This document shows, one piece after another, positions 21,049 to 33,149 of a stretch of 64,000 nucleotides of DNA. A program made the position numbers and the translations under genes. The DNA is from Candidatus Marinacidobacterales bacterium (GTDB taxonomy: Bacteria > Acidobacteriota > Vicinamibacteria > Marinacidobacterales > SMYC01): contig OZ250169.1 in NCBI GenBank assembly GCA_965237955.1, positions 736,001 to 800,000 on the forward strand. The letters are read 5' to 3'. Below the pieces are notes generated by a model. The model searched no databases. It saw only the letters and a program-made list of their open reading frames with translations, and was not told where the DNA came from. Each line of letters opens with the position of its first letter. Position 1 is the stretch's first letter.

Positions 21049-22506
21049 ATGTCCGTCCGTACCCTTGTCAAATCCATCCAGAACATCATGCGCCAGGACA
21101 CCGGCGTTGATGGCGACGCCCAGCGCATCAGCCAGTTGTGCTGGATGTTCTTCCTCAAGATCATCGGTGATCAAGACCAGGAACTAGGATTGATGCGGCC
21201 CGGCTACGCCTCGCCGATACCCAAGCGCTACCAATGGCGCGCTTGGGCGGCGGACCCCGAGGGCATCACCGGTGAAGAACTGCTTGCCTTCATCAACGAC
21301 GACCTGTTCCCGGCCTTTAAGAACCTCCGGATGACCGGGCATCTCGGCGACCGACGCCGCGTCGTACGCGCCGTGTTCGAGGATGCCCACAACTACATGA
21401 AATCCGGTCAGTTGATGCGCCAGGTGGTCAACAAGATCAACGGCGTCGACTTCAACAACCTGACCGAACGCCAGCATTTCGGCGACATCTACGAGCAGAT
21501 TCTCAACGACCTGCAATCGGCGGGCAACGCTGGCGAGTACTATACGCCCCGCGCCGTCACCGCCTTCATGGTCGACCGCATCGACCCGAAGCTTGGCGAG
21601 AGCTTGCTCGATCCCGCCTGCGGCACCGGAGGGTTCCTCACCTGTTCGCTGCGTCACATGCGCGAGCGTTACGTCAAGCGGCCCGAGGATGAGCAGAACA
21701 TGCAGGCGGCGTTGCGCGCGGTGGAGAAAAAGCAGCTTCCGCACATGCTCTGCGTCACCAACATGCTGCTGCACGGCATCGAGGACCCGAGCTTCGTCCG
21801 CCACGACAACACCCTAGCCCGTCCCTATATCAGCTGGGAGCGGAAGGACCGGGTGGACATCGTGCTTACCAATCCACCCTTTGGCGGCAAGGAGGAGGAC
21901 GGCATCGAGTCGAATTTCCCGCAACATTTCCGCACGCGGGAGACGGCAGACCTGTTTCTCGCTCTCATCATTCGCTTGTTGAAGCCGAATGGTCGCGCCG
22001 CCGTGGTGCTGCCCGACGGCTCGCTATTTGGCGAGGGCGTCAAGACACGCCTCAAGGAACACTTGATGGAGGAATGCAACCTCCACACCATCGTCCGGCT
22101 GCCCAACTCCGTGTTCCGGCCCTATGCTTCCATCGGCACCAACCTGCTGTTCTTTGAGAAGGGCGAACCGACCGTGGATATCTGGTTCTACGAGCACTTG
22201 GTGCCCGAGGGCCAGAAGGCCTACTCCATGACCCGGCCGATCCGGCTGGAGCATTTGCAAGGCTGTATAGACTGGTGGGGTGGGGCGAAGCGCGAGGGTC
22301 GGAAGGAGACGGAGCGCGCCTGGAAGGTGACGGTCGACGAGGTCAAGACGCGAAACTACAACCTCGATATCAAGAACCCGCACACGGAGGACGACGACCA
22401 CGGCGACCCCGAGGAACTGCTGAAGGAACTGACTGCTGCCGAGGCTGAAACGGGATACTTACGCGACCGCTTGAAGGCGATCCTGGCCGAGGCGCTCATG
22501 CGATGA
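21049..22506 (+). CDS. hsdM: Type I R-M N6-adenine methyltransferase subunit M
   Basis: GEYYTPR, DPACGTGGFL, TNPPFGG. Confidence 0.95.
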   Translation: MSVRTLVKSIQNIMRQDTGVDGDAQRISQLCWMFFLKIIGDQDQELGLMRPGYASPIPKRYQWRAWAADPEGITGEELLAFINDDLFPAFKNLRMTGHLGDRRRVVRAVFEDAHNYMKSGQLMRQVVNKINGVDFNNLTERQHFGDIYEQILNDLQSAGNAGEYYTPRAVTAFMVDRIDPKLGESLLDPACGTGGFLTCSLRHMRERYVKRPEDEQNMQAALRAVEKKQLPHMLCVTNMLLHGIEDPSFVRHDNTLARPYISWERKDRVDIVLTNPPFGGKEEDGIESNFPQHFRTRETADLFLALIIRLLKPNGRAAVVLPDGSLFGEGVKTRLKEHLMEECNLHTIVRLPNSVFRPYASIGTNLLFFEKGEPTVDIWFYEHLVPEGQKAYSMTRPIRLEHLQGCIDWWGGAKREGRKETERAWKVTVDEVKTRNYNLDIKNPHTEDDDHGDPEELLKELTAAEAETGYLRDRLKAILAEALMR

Positions 22507-24188
22507 ACGCCGATCGATTGCTGACCCATTACGAACGGATCGCCGACGCTCCGGATGCGATTGTGCGCTTTCGCCGCTTCATTCTCGATCTGGCCGTACG
22601 CGGCAAGCTCGTGGGGCAGGACCCGAACGATGAACCGGCGTCGGAACTGTTGAAGCGAATCGCGGCGGAGAAAACGCGACTGGTAAGGGCGGGACAGATC
22701 AGGAAGCAAAAAGCCTTTCCCTTTTTGGAGTCGCCGCCCTTCTATGTTCCAGAGAACTGGCGTTGGGCTCGGATCCGAGAGGTCACAAGCGATCGAGGAC
22801 AGAAGGTTCCTGACGCAGTATTCACATATATCGACGTGACTGCCATAGATAAGGAAAACGGCTTGATAATTGGCCCTAGAGTTTTGGCGCCTAGCGAAGC
22901 TCCGAGCCGCGCGCGCAAGATCATACAACGGGGCGATGTAATTTACTCCTGCGTTCGTCCCTACCTTCTGAATATTGCAGTTATCGAGGATGATTACGAT
23001 CCAGCCCCAATCGCTAGTACGGCATTTGCGATTTTGAATGGACACGGTTTTGTGCTCCCGCGATACCTTTGGATCACGCTCCGCAGTCCGTTCATGGTTG
23101 CATGCGTCGAGGAGAATCAGCGCGGCCAAGCTTATCCGGCGATTAATGACGCTGACTTCGCGGTCCTTCCATTACCTCTCCCGCCACTGGCCGAGCAGCA
23201 CCGCATCGTCGCCAAGGTCGATGAACTGATGGCGCTCTGCGACCAGTTAGAGGCGGCACGGGCGGAGCGGGAGGCGACGCGCGACTGGCTGACCAAAGCT
23301 AGCCTCGCCCGTCTCAGCGCATCCGATATAGACGACAAGACATTTCGTTCCTATGCACGCTTTGCCGTCTATGCCCTTCCAGCACTGACGGCTCGTGCCG
23401 ACCAGGTGGAACATCTCCGCCAGACCATCCTTAACCTCACCGTGCGCGGCAAACTGGTGGAGCAGGACCCGAACGACGAACCGGCGGCGGAATTATTGAA
23501 ACGGATTACTGCAGAGAAGGTGGGGGGGAGAAAGAAGACCAAACCGACGACCAACCTGACCAGTTCAATTACAGGATGGGACGTGCCACAGGGATGGGTG
23601 ATTACCGGTCTCCAAACCGTGTGTGCGTCGATTACCGATGGAGACCATCTTCCACCGCCGAAGACCGAGAGTGGAATCCCATTCCTGGTGATCGGTAACG
23701 TCCGTAGCCAAACGATTGAGTTCGCAGGGTCACGATTCGTGTCGCCGGAATACTACGAAGCCCTTGACCCGATTCGCCGCCCAAGAAGTGGTGACCTTCT
23801 TTACACCCTGGTTGGGTCGTATGGGATACCCATCGTTGTCCGTGACGATCAACCTTTCTGCGTTCAGCGCCACATTGGAATATTGCGGCCTTCCAAACTC
23901 ATTGATGTGTTGTTCTTGGCTCGTGCGATGGAAAGCCGTCTGGTATTCGAGCAAGCAATCGCTTGTGCGACAGGCATCGCACAAAAGACCGTTCCGCTTT
24001 CTGGTCTCCGGCGTCTCTTGATCCCGCTCCCACCCCTTGCCGAACAACACCGCATCGTCGCCAAGGTCGATGAACTGATGGCGCTTTGCGACCGGTTAGA
24101 GGCGAACCTCGCCACCGGTGACAACACCCGCTGCCGCCTGCTTGACACCCTCCTACACCAGGTGCTGTCGCCGGTTGCGGATCAATAG
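22503..24188 (+). CDS. hsdS: Type I R-M specificity subunit S
   Basis: Two TRDs, each followed by PLPPLAEQHRIVAKVDELMALCD. ATGA overlap with hsdM. Confidence 0.95.
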   Translation: MNADRLLTHYERIADAPDAIVRFRRFILDLAVRGKLVGQDPNDEPASELLKRIAAEKTRLVRAGQIRKQKAFPFLESPPFYVPENWRWARIREVTSDRGQKVPDAVFTYIDVTAIDKENGLIIGPRVLAPSEAPSRARKIIQRGDVIYSCVRPYLLNIAVIEDDYDPAPIASTAFAILNGHGFVLPRYLWITLRSPFMVACVEENQRGQAYPAINDADFAVLPLPLPPLAEQHRIVAKVDELMALCDQLEAARAEREATRDWLTKASLARLSASDIDDKTFRSYARFAVYALPALTARADQVEHLRQTILNLTVRGKLVEQDPNDEPAAELLKRITAEKVGGRKKTKPTTNLTSSITGWDVPQGWVITGLQTVCASITDGDHLPPPKTESGIPFLVIGNVRSQTIEFAGSRFVSPEYYEALDPIRRPRSGDLLYTLVGSYGIPIVVRDDQPFCVQRHIGILRPSKLIDVLFLARAMESRLVFEQAIACATGIAQKTVPLSGLRRLLIPLPPLAEQHRIVAKVDELMALCDRLEANLATGDNTRCRLLDTLLHQVLSPVADQ

Positions 24189-24339
24189 TTTGTGGCGTAG
24201 CGATCCAGCTGATGGTTCGGAGATAGAGACATGATGACCGAACGAAGGGAACTCGAGAGCCACGTGATGACGAAGTGGAGGAGCGCCGTTTTCTTCCACG
24301 GACCTCGGCACGCGCTCCCTGGGCCGTCACCGAGTTCAT

Positions 24340-25552
24340 CTCTTCGTCTACGGCACGCTCCAAGCGGGGTGGACCGGGGCCCGACCGCCTGTGGGTCGCC
24401 GATATCAGTGTGCCGCAGCAAGCGGCGCGAGAGATGGGGGTAGGTCCCCCGGAATCGCTTTGCAGGAGGAGATTCCAAACCACCGTAAGCGGCTGTGGTC
24501 AAAAGCCATGGTCGTGAGCGTTACGGAAAAGGTGCAGTGAGATGCATCAGGTGAGAACCAGGAAGACGAACACCAGTGAACCGCCGTTCACGTGTCGAAA
24601 GTGGTTAGACGGTGTCAAAACTGGGGAGGTGATGTTGCCCCAGGATGAGCTTGGCGGATTGCCTGCTGACTGGCCAAGCGGCACCCGGCATAGAGGCGGC
24701 GTCAGCCTGGTTTGGGCTCTCGTGTTGAACTGCGGGATCCTCGACGTGCAATGCTAAGGGAAAGGCACAAGCAGCGACCCTGTGAGGCCGATAGTACCGA
24801 TGTGTCGTCGAGGGGCGGACGAGCTCGTAGTAGCGATGAAGCGGCTGTAATGGTCGCGGAGCGAAGGGGCTCGATCATCATGTCGTGCGCATGCGTCAAC
24901 TGGATTTTCAGGATGAGCAAATGAGTACGGCGAAACCGTTTGGGAAAAGGGAATCATCCCTGCGGTTTGATGATGGGAGCCGGATGAGCTGAGAGGTTCA
25001 CGTCCGGTTCTGAGAGGGGCTGGGGGTGCAACTCCCCCGGCCTACTCACCCCTACGTGCCCACGTGGTCGGGCTTCTTGTTCCTCGCCGTCGTGCTGGAC
25101 GCCTTCAGCCGACGCATCGTCGGATGGGCGATGGCTACCCGCCTGCGGACGTCGCTCGTCTTGAGCGCCTTCGACATGGCGCTGTTCCAACGCAAGCCCG
25201 GCGACGTCACCCATCACTCGGACCAAGGCACGCAGTACACGTCACTAGCGTTCGGCCAGCGATGCCGGGAGGCCGGGGTGCGACCGTCGATGGGTTCGGT
25301 CGGGGACTGTTACGACAATGCGATGTGCGAGAGCTTCTTCGCGACGCTCGAGTGCGAGCTGATCGAGCGCCGATCGTTTCGCTCCCACGCTGAGGCGCGC
25401 ATGGCGGTCTTCGATTTCATCGAAGGCTGGTACAACCCGCGACGCCGACACTCCGCCATCGACTATTGCTCGCCGATCCAATTCGAAAGGAGGTACTATC
25501 GCGCCGCTTGATCCCTAACTCTTAACCTGTCCACGAAAGCGGGGTCACTTCA
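24340..25552 (+). mobile_element. IS3-family 3' fragment split by a group II intron
   Basis: Exons join as [34 protein letters not shown]. Right IR is CTGTCCACGAAAGCGGGGTCACTTCA. Confidence 0.85.
24408..25050 (+). ncRNA. ORF-less group II intron (likely bacterial class D / IIB)
   Basis: 5' GTGTG. Domain V GGGAGCCGGATGAGCTGAGAGGTTCACGTCCGGTTCT, domain VI GGGGGTGCAACTCCCCC...CTACTCACC. Only an MSTAKPF stub of the intron-encoded protein remains. Confidence 0.88.
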
Positions 25553-25879
25553 AATCAACGCCGGATCGATTTTTTGCGGAGCACAAGCCGCCAGGAGTGA
25601 CTGGAAAAATTGGAAAAACGCTCCCGCCCAATGATCCCTGGCGGGAAGGCCGTCCTGTGCCAAAACTCGGCCTTTTTGAAATAGGCCATAAATCAGCAAC
25701 TTAGTGTCTGTGTTTGCGACTGGGCCAAGGGCCGTGGGCTTTACAATCGTCTTGGGCGGGCGGGTCGTCACCATGCAGATGACCACCTAGTCGAGAGCGA
25801 ATATCGAAGCGTGTTCCTGAAGCTGTTTCCACGCTACGCCGGTCGAGCCCGCCGAGGGGCTACCGTCGCCGGCGACCAT

Positions 25880-26952
25880 CTACGCGGCACGGCAGTAGTA
25901 GTTGAGAATGCCCCCAAGTCGCTCTCGCGACACGATGGGGCCAGTGTCATTCGCGCTTGCCGGCAGAGGTGTGAGGAGCTCGTTGCCGAGACCTTGGTGG
26001 TTCCGTTCTGTGTGATAGTGCACTACGTATTCGGTTACCGCTGTGCGCAGGTGTCGCTCACTGAGAGGTACGAAGCGGTCGAGACACTCTCGACGTATGG
26101 AGAGAACGAATCTTTCCGCATATGCGTTCAGATTCGGACTATTAGCGGGAAGGCGAAGGGGCTTCACGCCTGAATCTCTCAACAGCCCACGTACCGCCTC
26201 GGTGAATAGCGGGTCCCGGTCGTGGATGAGGTATCGCTTGCCAAGGAGGAAACCATCCCACATGTCAGTGAGGTTTCTTGCCACCTGCTTCATCCACTCC
26301 CCGTTGGGGTCCGACGTTATCCCACCGATGCACACGCAGCGAGTGGCGATATCGATGACAAACAGGACATGGTAGCGGACGAGCCCGAACGGGTTCACAA
26401 CCTCGACGGTGAACAGGTCTGTCGCAGCGATGGCGCCCCAATGAGAGCCTTGATGAAGGTGCTCCACAACATGCTCCTGCCCCGCTCCGGCGCAGGAGCG
26501 ATACCGTGCTCGGCGAGGATCCTCTTGATAGTATTGCGTCCGAGTTCATGTCCTAGGTTCTTGAGTGCGCCTCGCAGGCGCGTATATCCCCACGTCGGGT
26601 TCTCCCGCGCCATGCGCACAATGAGCTCACGGATGTCCTTCGCCGTCGGAGGTCGGCCTGGACTCCGGTTCTTGCTGCCATCGTACTTGGCTGCGATGAG
26701 GTGGCGGTACCAGCGCAGAAGCGTAGCGGGTGTGGCAACGGACGCAATCTGGGCCAGCGCCTCGCGGCCCAAAGCCTGGGCCTTGACCGCGAGCCTGCGC
26801 CGGTCGTCGTCCGAGAGACTGAGACGCTTGCCCCGAAGCCCGGCTCGGAGCACACGGTTCTCCTCTTGCAGGTAGTCGATCACATCCTGCTGCTGGCGGT
26901 TGACCCAGCCAGCTAGAACGAGCAGTAGGAATTGCACGTGGTACGTCATCAT
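25880..26952 (-). pseudogene. rve transposase, frameshifted near 26445, 5' end replaced by IS5
   Basis: Two overlapping ORFs (26395-26952 and 25880-26467) together give the HTH, DDE and [11 protein letters not shown] regions. Confidence 0.85.
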
Positions 26953-26957
26953 GGACC

Positions 26958-28042
26958 GGCGTTGTTGCACGGCCCGGAGCAAATCGCTGACCTCCCTGTG
27001 CCGGTTGCAGAGTCACCCGGCGCAGTACGTATCGGGCATCCCGAGCGCAGCCATCTTGTTGAGTATCTCGCACCCAATTCGGTGTTCAACTCGTTGCCTC
27101 GCCAACGTTCGAGCCCGCATCTCCGGCCCGATGATCGCCTTGTAACGATAGACCGCGTTCTCCACCATGCTTCGCTTGGTGTAGCCTGAGAGCTTGTACC
27201 ATTCACGTCGGCCGTGTCTTTCGATTGCACGAATATGGCGATCGCGCTCCTGCATGGCGGTGTTCGAATTCTGACTGAGCGTCGCGTTTCGTTGCGGCGG
27301 AATCACCACGCGCGTCCTTCGTCCAGGACTGTGCGCTTCGATGGCTTCGTAGACCGCTTCCTTGTCGTATGCACTGTCCGCCGCCACCGACACTAGAGGT
27401 GCTTGAATCTGTGTTAGCAAAGCGGGGACTCGGGTTGCGTCGCGAGCGCGTGACGCCGTCAGTTCGGACGCAACAATGTTCCCTGTCTCGCGATCAACGG
27501 CGATGTGCAACTTGCGCCATGCGCGCTGCTTTGGCGGTTTGCGGGCGTTTCCAACATGAATCCTCAAGCCCGTGCTATCGATCATCAGGTGGATGGGTTG
27601 AGTGCTCGCGGCTTTCGGAATCCGCAGCTTCTTGCGGAGCAACCTCGAGCGCCGACACAACGTCGAGTAGTCCGGGATCTCGATACCGAGCCCGAGAAGC
27701 GAGGCGATCGAGTGCAAGAAGCCTTCGGTTTGTCGGTAGGCGAGCTTGTACACCATCCGGACAACCAGGCCCGTTTCAATCGCCATGTCTGAATAGACCC
27801 GTTGACCGCCAGGCTTACCGGTCTTGTCGGCCTTCCAGTTCGCGATTGCCTCCTCGTCAAACCAGACTGTCAAATCGCCCCGGCGGCGCAGCCCTTCGTT
27901 GTATTCCGCCCAGTTGCGAACGTGGTACTTCTTCTGCTTCGCGTGCTTGTACTGGCAGCGCTTGGGATACTTCATGCTCGAACATACCTCGGCCACCACC
28001 ATAGGCGGATTTCGCTCTCAGCCAGAGCGGTGCAACAACGCC
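26958..28042 (-). mobile_element. IS5 family (IS903-like), copy 3; intact transposase 27013-28002
   Basis: Perfect GGCGTTGTTGCAC IRs and a 329-aa ORF. Confidence 0.92.
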
Positions 28043-28067
28043 ACTTCGCCCCGAGACGCTGGCCGCG

Positions 28068-28406
28068 TTGAGGCCCATCGTCAAGGCAGCCACCAGCGGC
28101 CATGCGATGCCGTTGCCCGGATTCACCGAATACTTTCTAAGCATCAGGAACACCTGGATCGGCGCGGTGGGCTGGCTCATTGAGGGAACCGAGGGCCGAG
28201 TCATGGTTCGTTGCGTGACGGCCTGGACGGTCGGGGGCGCAGCGAAGGGCGTGCGCTGGTTGGCGGCGGAGCTACCGGCGGAGCTGGACTTGCCCTGTTG
28301 TTTGGTCAGGCTTGGAGTACCACTGCTTGAGGACCCCGCCGCGGCAAGTTTGCTTGATGATGCTGAGCGGTGCATTGGCTGGGCGTTGCTACCCACCGCG
28401 CCCTAG
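28068..28406 (+). pseudogene. Probable 3' fragment of a transposon accessory gene
   Basis: ORF ending RLGVPLLEDP...RCIGWALLP directly before a TGTCAAGTTGAGG repeat. 5' end cut by IS5. Confidence 0.3.
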
Positions 28407-28711
28407 CCTTTTTACCGGCATTGTCAAGTTGAGGCTGACGGCCGTTTCTGATGCCCAGCATGGTGGGTTCACCACGGGCTTGAGCCCAGTATCTTGGGGG
28501 TCGGTCTGCTAGCTTTTTCATCAACTTGACAGTTGTGATCCGCAAAAAAGAAGATCGCCATGCAGAGCGCGCCCGATCACGGCCGTCTGCGGCGCACGGC
28601 GGTGTGCCGGGAGGCCCGGGGCGGGCGCGCACGGCGCTCGGGATGCCTGATAGCGAGGTGACCGGATGATGGGAGTCGGGGTCAAGCGAGCTCTCGGCCT
28701 CTATCGGAGTT

Positions 28712-30331
28712 GTGCACCAAGGCAGCAAGACGCTGCTGATCGGCGACGCGCTCATGGCGGCAGGCACCGGCTCGGCGAACTGCCCCACGGTCGCAATCAC
28801 CGACCACGTCGCCGACCCGGCCTCCCTGGAGCAGGTGTTCGACGACCCGAACTGCTTCTCGTTCAGGGAGCGGTTTCCAGGCGGTTTCACCCCGAACTTC
28901 GGTGGCGAAGCGACGGACGTGTCACTCGTTGTCGGCGTCCGTGGCTTCACTGCGGCCGGCTTCGTCTGGGACGTGAGCGGCTCGGTCGGGGCTCACGAGA
29001 CTGATCTGTTCATCTCCGACACCGTCAACGCCTCGCTCGGTCCCGACACGCCGACCGCGTTCGATCTCGGTAGCAACCGGCAGCGGGAGACCGGCGTCAA
29101 CTTCGATGTCTCCTACGCCGCTACCGAGATGGTCAACCTCGCCGTTGGCGCGGAATGGCGTGACGAGCAGTACCAGACTACCGAGGGTCATCCGACATCG
29201 TGGACAGTCGGTCCCTATGGACGCGGGCAGGGCTTCTCGGCCGGTTCCAACGGCTTCTTCGGCTACGGGCCGCTCGCCGCGGGCACCTGGAACCGGAGCA
29301 ACGTCGCGGTCTACGGCGATCTGGAGCTGAACGACCCAGACGACGGCTGGACCCTCGGAGCCGCAGTCCGGGTCGAGAACTTCGAAGATTTCGGCACGAC
29401 GACGAACGGTAAGGTCTCCGGCCGGCTCGGTTTCGTGCGCGCCAGCGTGAGCAGTGGCTTCCGCGCGCCGACCCCAGGCCAGCAGAACGGGTTCAACATT
29501 GCGACCATCTTCGACCCGGCGCTCGGCGATCTAGTGAACAACGGCACCATCCCGTCGAACTCCCCGGTGGCGGCACTTCGCGGCGGTGTGCCTCTGCGTC
29601 CCGAAACGTCGATCAACTACACAGCCGGAGTGGTTTTCGATACCGGGCTGTTCAATTTCACGGCCGACTACTTCCGCATCGACGTCTCGGACCGGATCGG
29701 CATCACGAGCAACTTCACTCTCGAGAATGACGAGATCGACGCGCTGCTGGCGCAGGGTGTGGACGCCGCACGCGACCTGAAACGATTCAGGTTCTTCACC
29801 AACGCGTTCGCCACCCGGTCGCAGGGCATCGACCTAGTCTCGACCTTCACGCCGATCGCCCTGCGGGGCAACACCGTCATCAGCGCCGTCTTCAACTACA
29901 CCGACACCAAGGTGACCAACAACGACCAGGGACTGCTCAACGACCGGCGGCTCACCGAGTTAGCCTACGCGCTGCCACGGACCCGCTGGAATATCGGCCT
30001 CACCCAGCGGATGGGGCGCATGAGCTTCCTCGGCCGGGTCAACTACTACGGCGGCTGGTACGACTACGACAGCGGATTCGCCAGGCTCTACACGCCATCG
30101 GGCGGTATCGACAACGGCTTCTTCGGAGGCAAGCCGGTCGTCGATCTGGAGTTGACCATTGACGCCGGCGCCAGCGCGACGGTGACGGTTGGTGCCCAGA
30201 ACGCGTTCAACACCTACCCGGACGAGAGTGCGCGCGCGATGTCCGTCGGCGAGAAGTACAGCGAGTACACGCCATGGGGCTTCAACGGCGCCTACTACTA
30301 CGTGCGACTCGGGTACGGATGGGGCAGTTAG
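28712..30331 (+). pseudogene. TonB-dependent receptor, 5' truncated (plug domain missing)
   Basis: RVENFEDFG, SSGFRAPTPGQ, LRPETSINY, GAQNAFNTYPD, C-terminal aromatic beta strand. No signal peptide. Confidence 0.85.
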
Positions 30332-30391
30332 TCAACCGTCCCGGCGCGCCGACCTTGAGCTCGTTTGTGTTTTTGGACACGATGCGCTCGC

Positions 30392-30478
30392 GACCTTCGC
30401 CGCGCGCTAAATGGAGCGTAAGCGCTTTTTTTCGCAAAGGGATACGTACACATCACCAACAGTAAACAGCGCAAGCAC
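30392..30478. repeat. ~87-bp repeat shared with 7101-7188
   Basis: GACCTTCGCCGCGCGCTAAATGGAGCGTAAGCGCTTTTTTT...AAACAGCGCAAGCACC. Confidence 0.8.
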
Positions 30479-30740
30479 CCGTCCTGTGCCAAAACTCGGC
30501 CCTTTGAAATAGACCACAAATCAGCAGCTTAGACGCCCTTGGAATCCGCGCGGAAGCGAGGGTATTTCACGCCGCAGGGCTGCCTTCCGACCCCGTCCTG
30601 TGCCAAAACTCGGCCCTTTTGAAATAGACCATAAATCAACAGCTTAGACGCCCTTGGAATCCGCGCAGAATCCAGGGTATTTCGCGCCGCAGGGCTGACT
30701 TCCGACCCATAGGCTGGCGGATGAATAAATAGAAGGCACA

Positions 30741-31478
30741 GGCTTTGAGTCGGCTCGAGCCAAGCTCGCTCAGCTTGTGAGGGTCGCTTTCTCCCGCAAT
30801 GATCCCTCGGATAATCGCTCGCCCGCTTACTCCTAAATTGCTGCTCATCACGCTCGTCAATTTGATGTTCGCATCTTCCAACGTCTTTTGAATCCGTTGG
30901 GTCTCCCGAGCGATTTCTCGAACGAACTGCTTTCGCGTTCGGGTCAGCTCTCGCAGTTCCTGGATCGGTGTTGGCGGAACGAAGCTAGTCCCATGGATCT
31001 TTGATTACTATACAAAGTTAGGCTTTTCGCCAGCCCATAAGATTCATAAGATTCATGCACTTAGAATGGTTTCGGCAAGCTCTGCTTTATCTAGTTTGTT
31101 CTGATACAGGGGACTAGCACGAATGAGACTATGGGCAAGCAAATCCGCTATCCAGAAGGCATCACTGATATCGCTCTTACGACCCGGCATGTTCTTGACG
31201 TGGGCCGGTTGTGCCAACACCAACTCGAAATGACCTTCGAGCACATGCCACACCGGCTTCCAATACACTCCGGTCGCTTCCATCGCTACAATCGTGCAAC
31301 CGCTCTGCCCCAGCCAATCCGCCATTTTCAGCAATTCGCTCGTGGCTGTACCGAACACACGCGTCTCGCGCACCACCTTCCGCTTCAACGCAACCCGCAC
31401 GCAAGCCGTAATCGATTTCTGGTGGACGTCCAATCCGGCGCATCGCTTATGAACCACTCTCATCGCAGCCTCCTTCAC
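30741..31478 (-). pseudogene. IS110-family transposase, interrupted by a MITE and 3' truncated
   Basis: AGLDVHQK, AMEATGVYW, GRKSDISDAFW (DEDD). LIRAS|FVPP is split by the insert. Confidence 0.88.
30985..31117. mobile_element. 125-bp MITE with CTAG target duplication, copy 2
   Basis: Removing the insert plus one CTAG restores the IS110 frame. Confidence 0.88.
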
Positions 31479-31924
31479 GTCGCACCGGCGTGGAGCCCAC
31501 GAACTTGTAATCTAATAGACGCGCTCAACAATCCCAGCTGGATAGAAAACGCAATTTGGGGTACGCGCAGGACTCCCAGCCAAACTTGACAACGGGCTCA
31601 GCCGCACCAACGTTGAGCCGACCTCTGAGCTGGTGCCACCTACAGAGACTACCGCGTTTCATTCATTCGGGGTGGCTGTCAGGCCGTGGAAAACTTGACA
31701 GTACCAATTTAAGTGAGTTTTTACGAGATACCTAAAGTAATTCCTAAGCAAATCTGTAAAAACCATTGTAAACAAGAGATCTTTCATGTAAAGTTCGAAG
31801 TTACCGTGGATGGACTCTTCGGCAAGAGCATTCACCGAGGTTAGATACCAACCAGGACGGGTTAGCATGGGCCAGGAAAGCATTCGAAGAATCCTCACCA
31901 TCGCGCTCCTGACCCTGCCCTTGT

Positions 31925-32610
31925 CCGTCGCTACGGCTGCTGTACGGCTTCTTCGTCATCGAGCACGGCCGTCGCCATATCTTGCACTTCAACGCGACGT
32001 ACAACCCCACGTCAGCGTGGGTGATTCAACAACTGCGCGAGGCGTTCCCATACGACACGGCACCACGATACTTGGTCTTTGACCGCGACGCGATTTTCAG
32101 CCCTGCAGTGGTGGAGTTCATCAGGGCCATGGGCACAAAGCCTGTTCGCATTTCTTATCGCAGCCCTTGGCAAAACGGTACCGCCGAACGCTGGATCGGA
32201 AACTGCCGCCGCGAGATGTTAGAGCATGTAGTTGTCCTCAGTGAGCGGCATCTCGTCCGGCTCATGCGCTTGTACATCAGCTACTACCACGAGGACCGTT
32301 GCCACTTGGGTCTCGACAAAGACACCCCGAACTCAAGACCCGTCACGCCCCGACCATCACCGACCGCAAAAGTCGTCGCGTTGCCGCGAGTGGGTGGGCT
32401 CCACCACCGCTACGAATGGCGCGACGCCGCCTGAGCCAGTTTAGTCGCTGCGCGTCGATTGCTGGGGTCCCTCGCGATTGCGTTGTCCAGCTCCGCGGCC
32501 CATTGATCGCGCGATCTCGGCAAGTGCCCGCGCGCGCCGACCCGGGTTTCTTCGTTCGTCGTAGGGCCACCAGCGGTACCATTCCCGCTGGATCAATAAT
32601 GATGAAGGAC
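31925..32610 (+). mobile_element. 3' half of the rve IS seen at 2379-3724
   Basis: Near-identical reverse complement of about 2379-3065. Confidence 0.9.
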
Positions 32611-33149
32611 ACGTACGACGATCGCCTGCTAGAAGTTGTAGGTAAGGCTCAGATCGAGGAACGTGTCGTTCCGCATCGCGTAGTGGAGATCCGCTTCGTC
32701 CACGCTGAGAAGCACAATCGCTTCCGTACGCACGGACCACGCATTGGAGAGGCGCCGGCCGAATTCGAGCGCCAGCGTGCGCGTGGCGCGGGCCACGTCA
32801 GTGAGATAACCAGCGGTTATCTCGGTGCTCAGGACATCATTGAAAGCGAGACGCGAGCCGAAGAAAAGGTCGTTCTCGAGCGTGTTAGGCGAACGGCTTG
32901 GGGTTGCGTTGCGGCCTCGCCCGTCGTAGTGCGTATTCCGGGGCATCGTGAACGCAGATTCCAGCCGAAGGTGAACATCCATTCCAAAGCATCGTGAACA
33001 CGGATTCCGGGGATCGTGAACATCGATTCCGGGGAAGGTGAACACGGATTCCAGGCAACGTGAACGCCGGTTCCGGCATCGCGAACGCTCATCGATAGCA
33101 CGTTTCAAGGCAACTCTAGGTCGTACCCGGAAGGAGGACGATCTAGGAA

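Noticed and set aside
22503-24188. Internal repeats in hsdS as a shufflon
   Set aside because: Direct repeats are the normal conserved regions of HsdS. No inverted silent TRDs or adjacent invertase.
32930-33090. Regularly spaced GTGAAC..GATTCC repeats resembling a CRISPR array
   Set aside because: Period of ~22 bp leaves no real spacers, and a mirrored set lies at 35800-35870. These are IS21 subterminal transposase-binding repeats. No cas genes.
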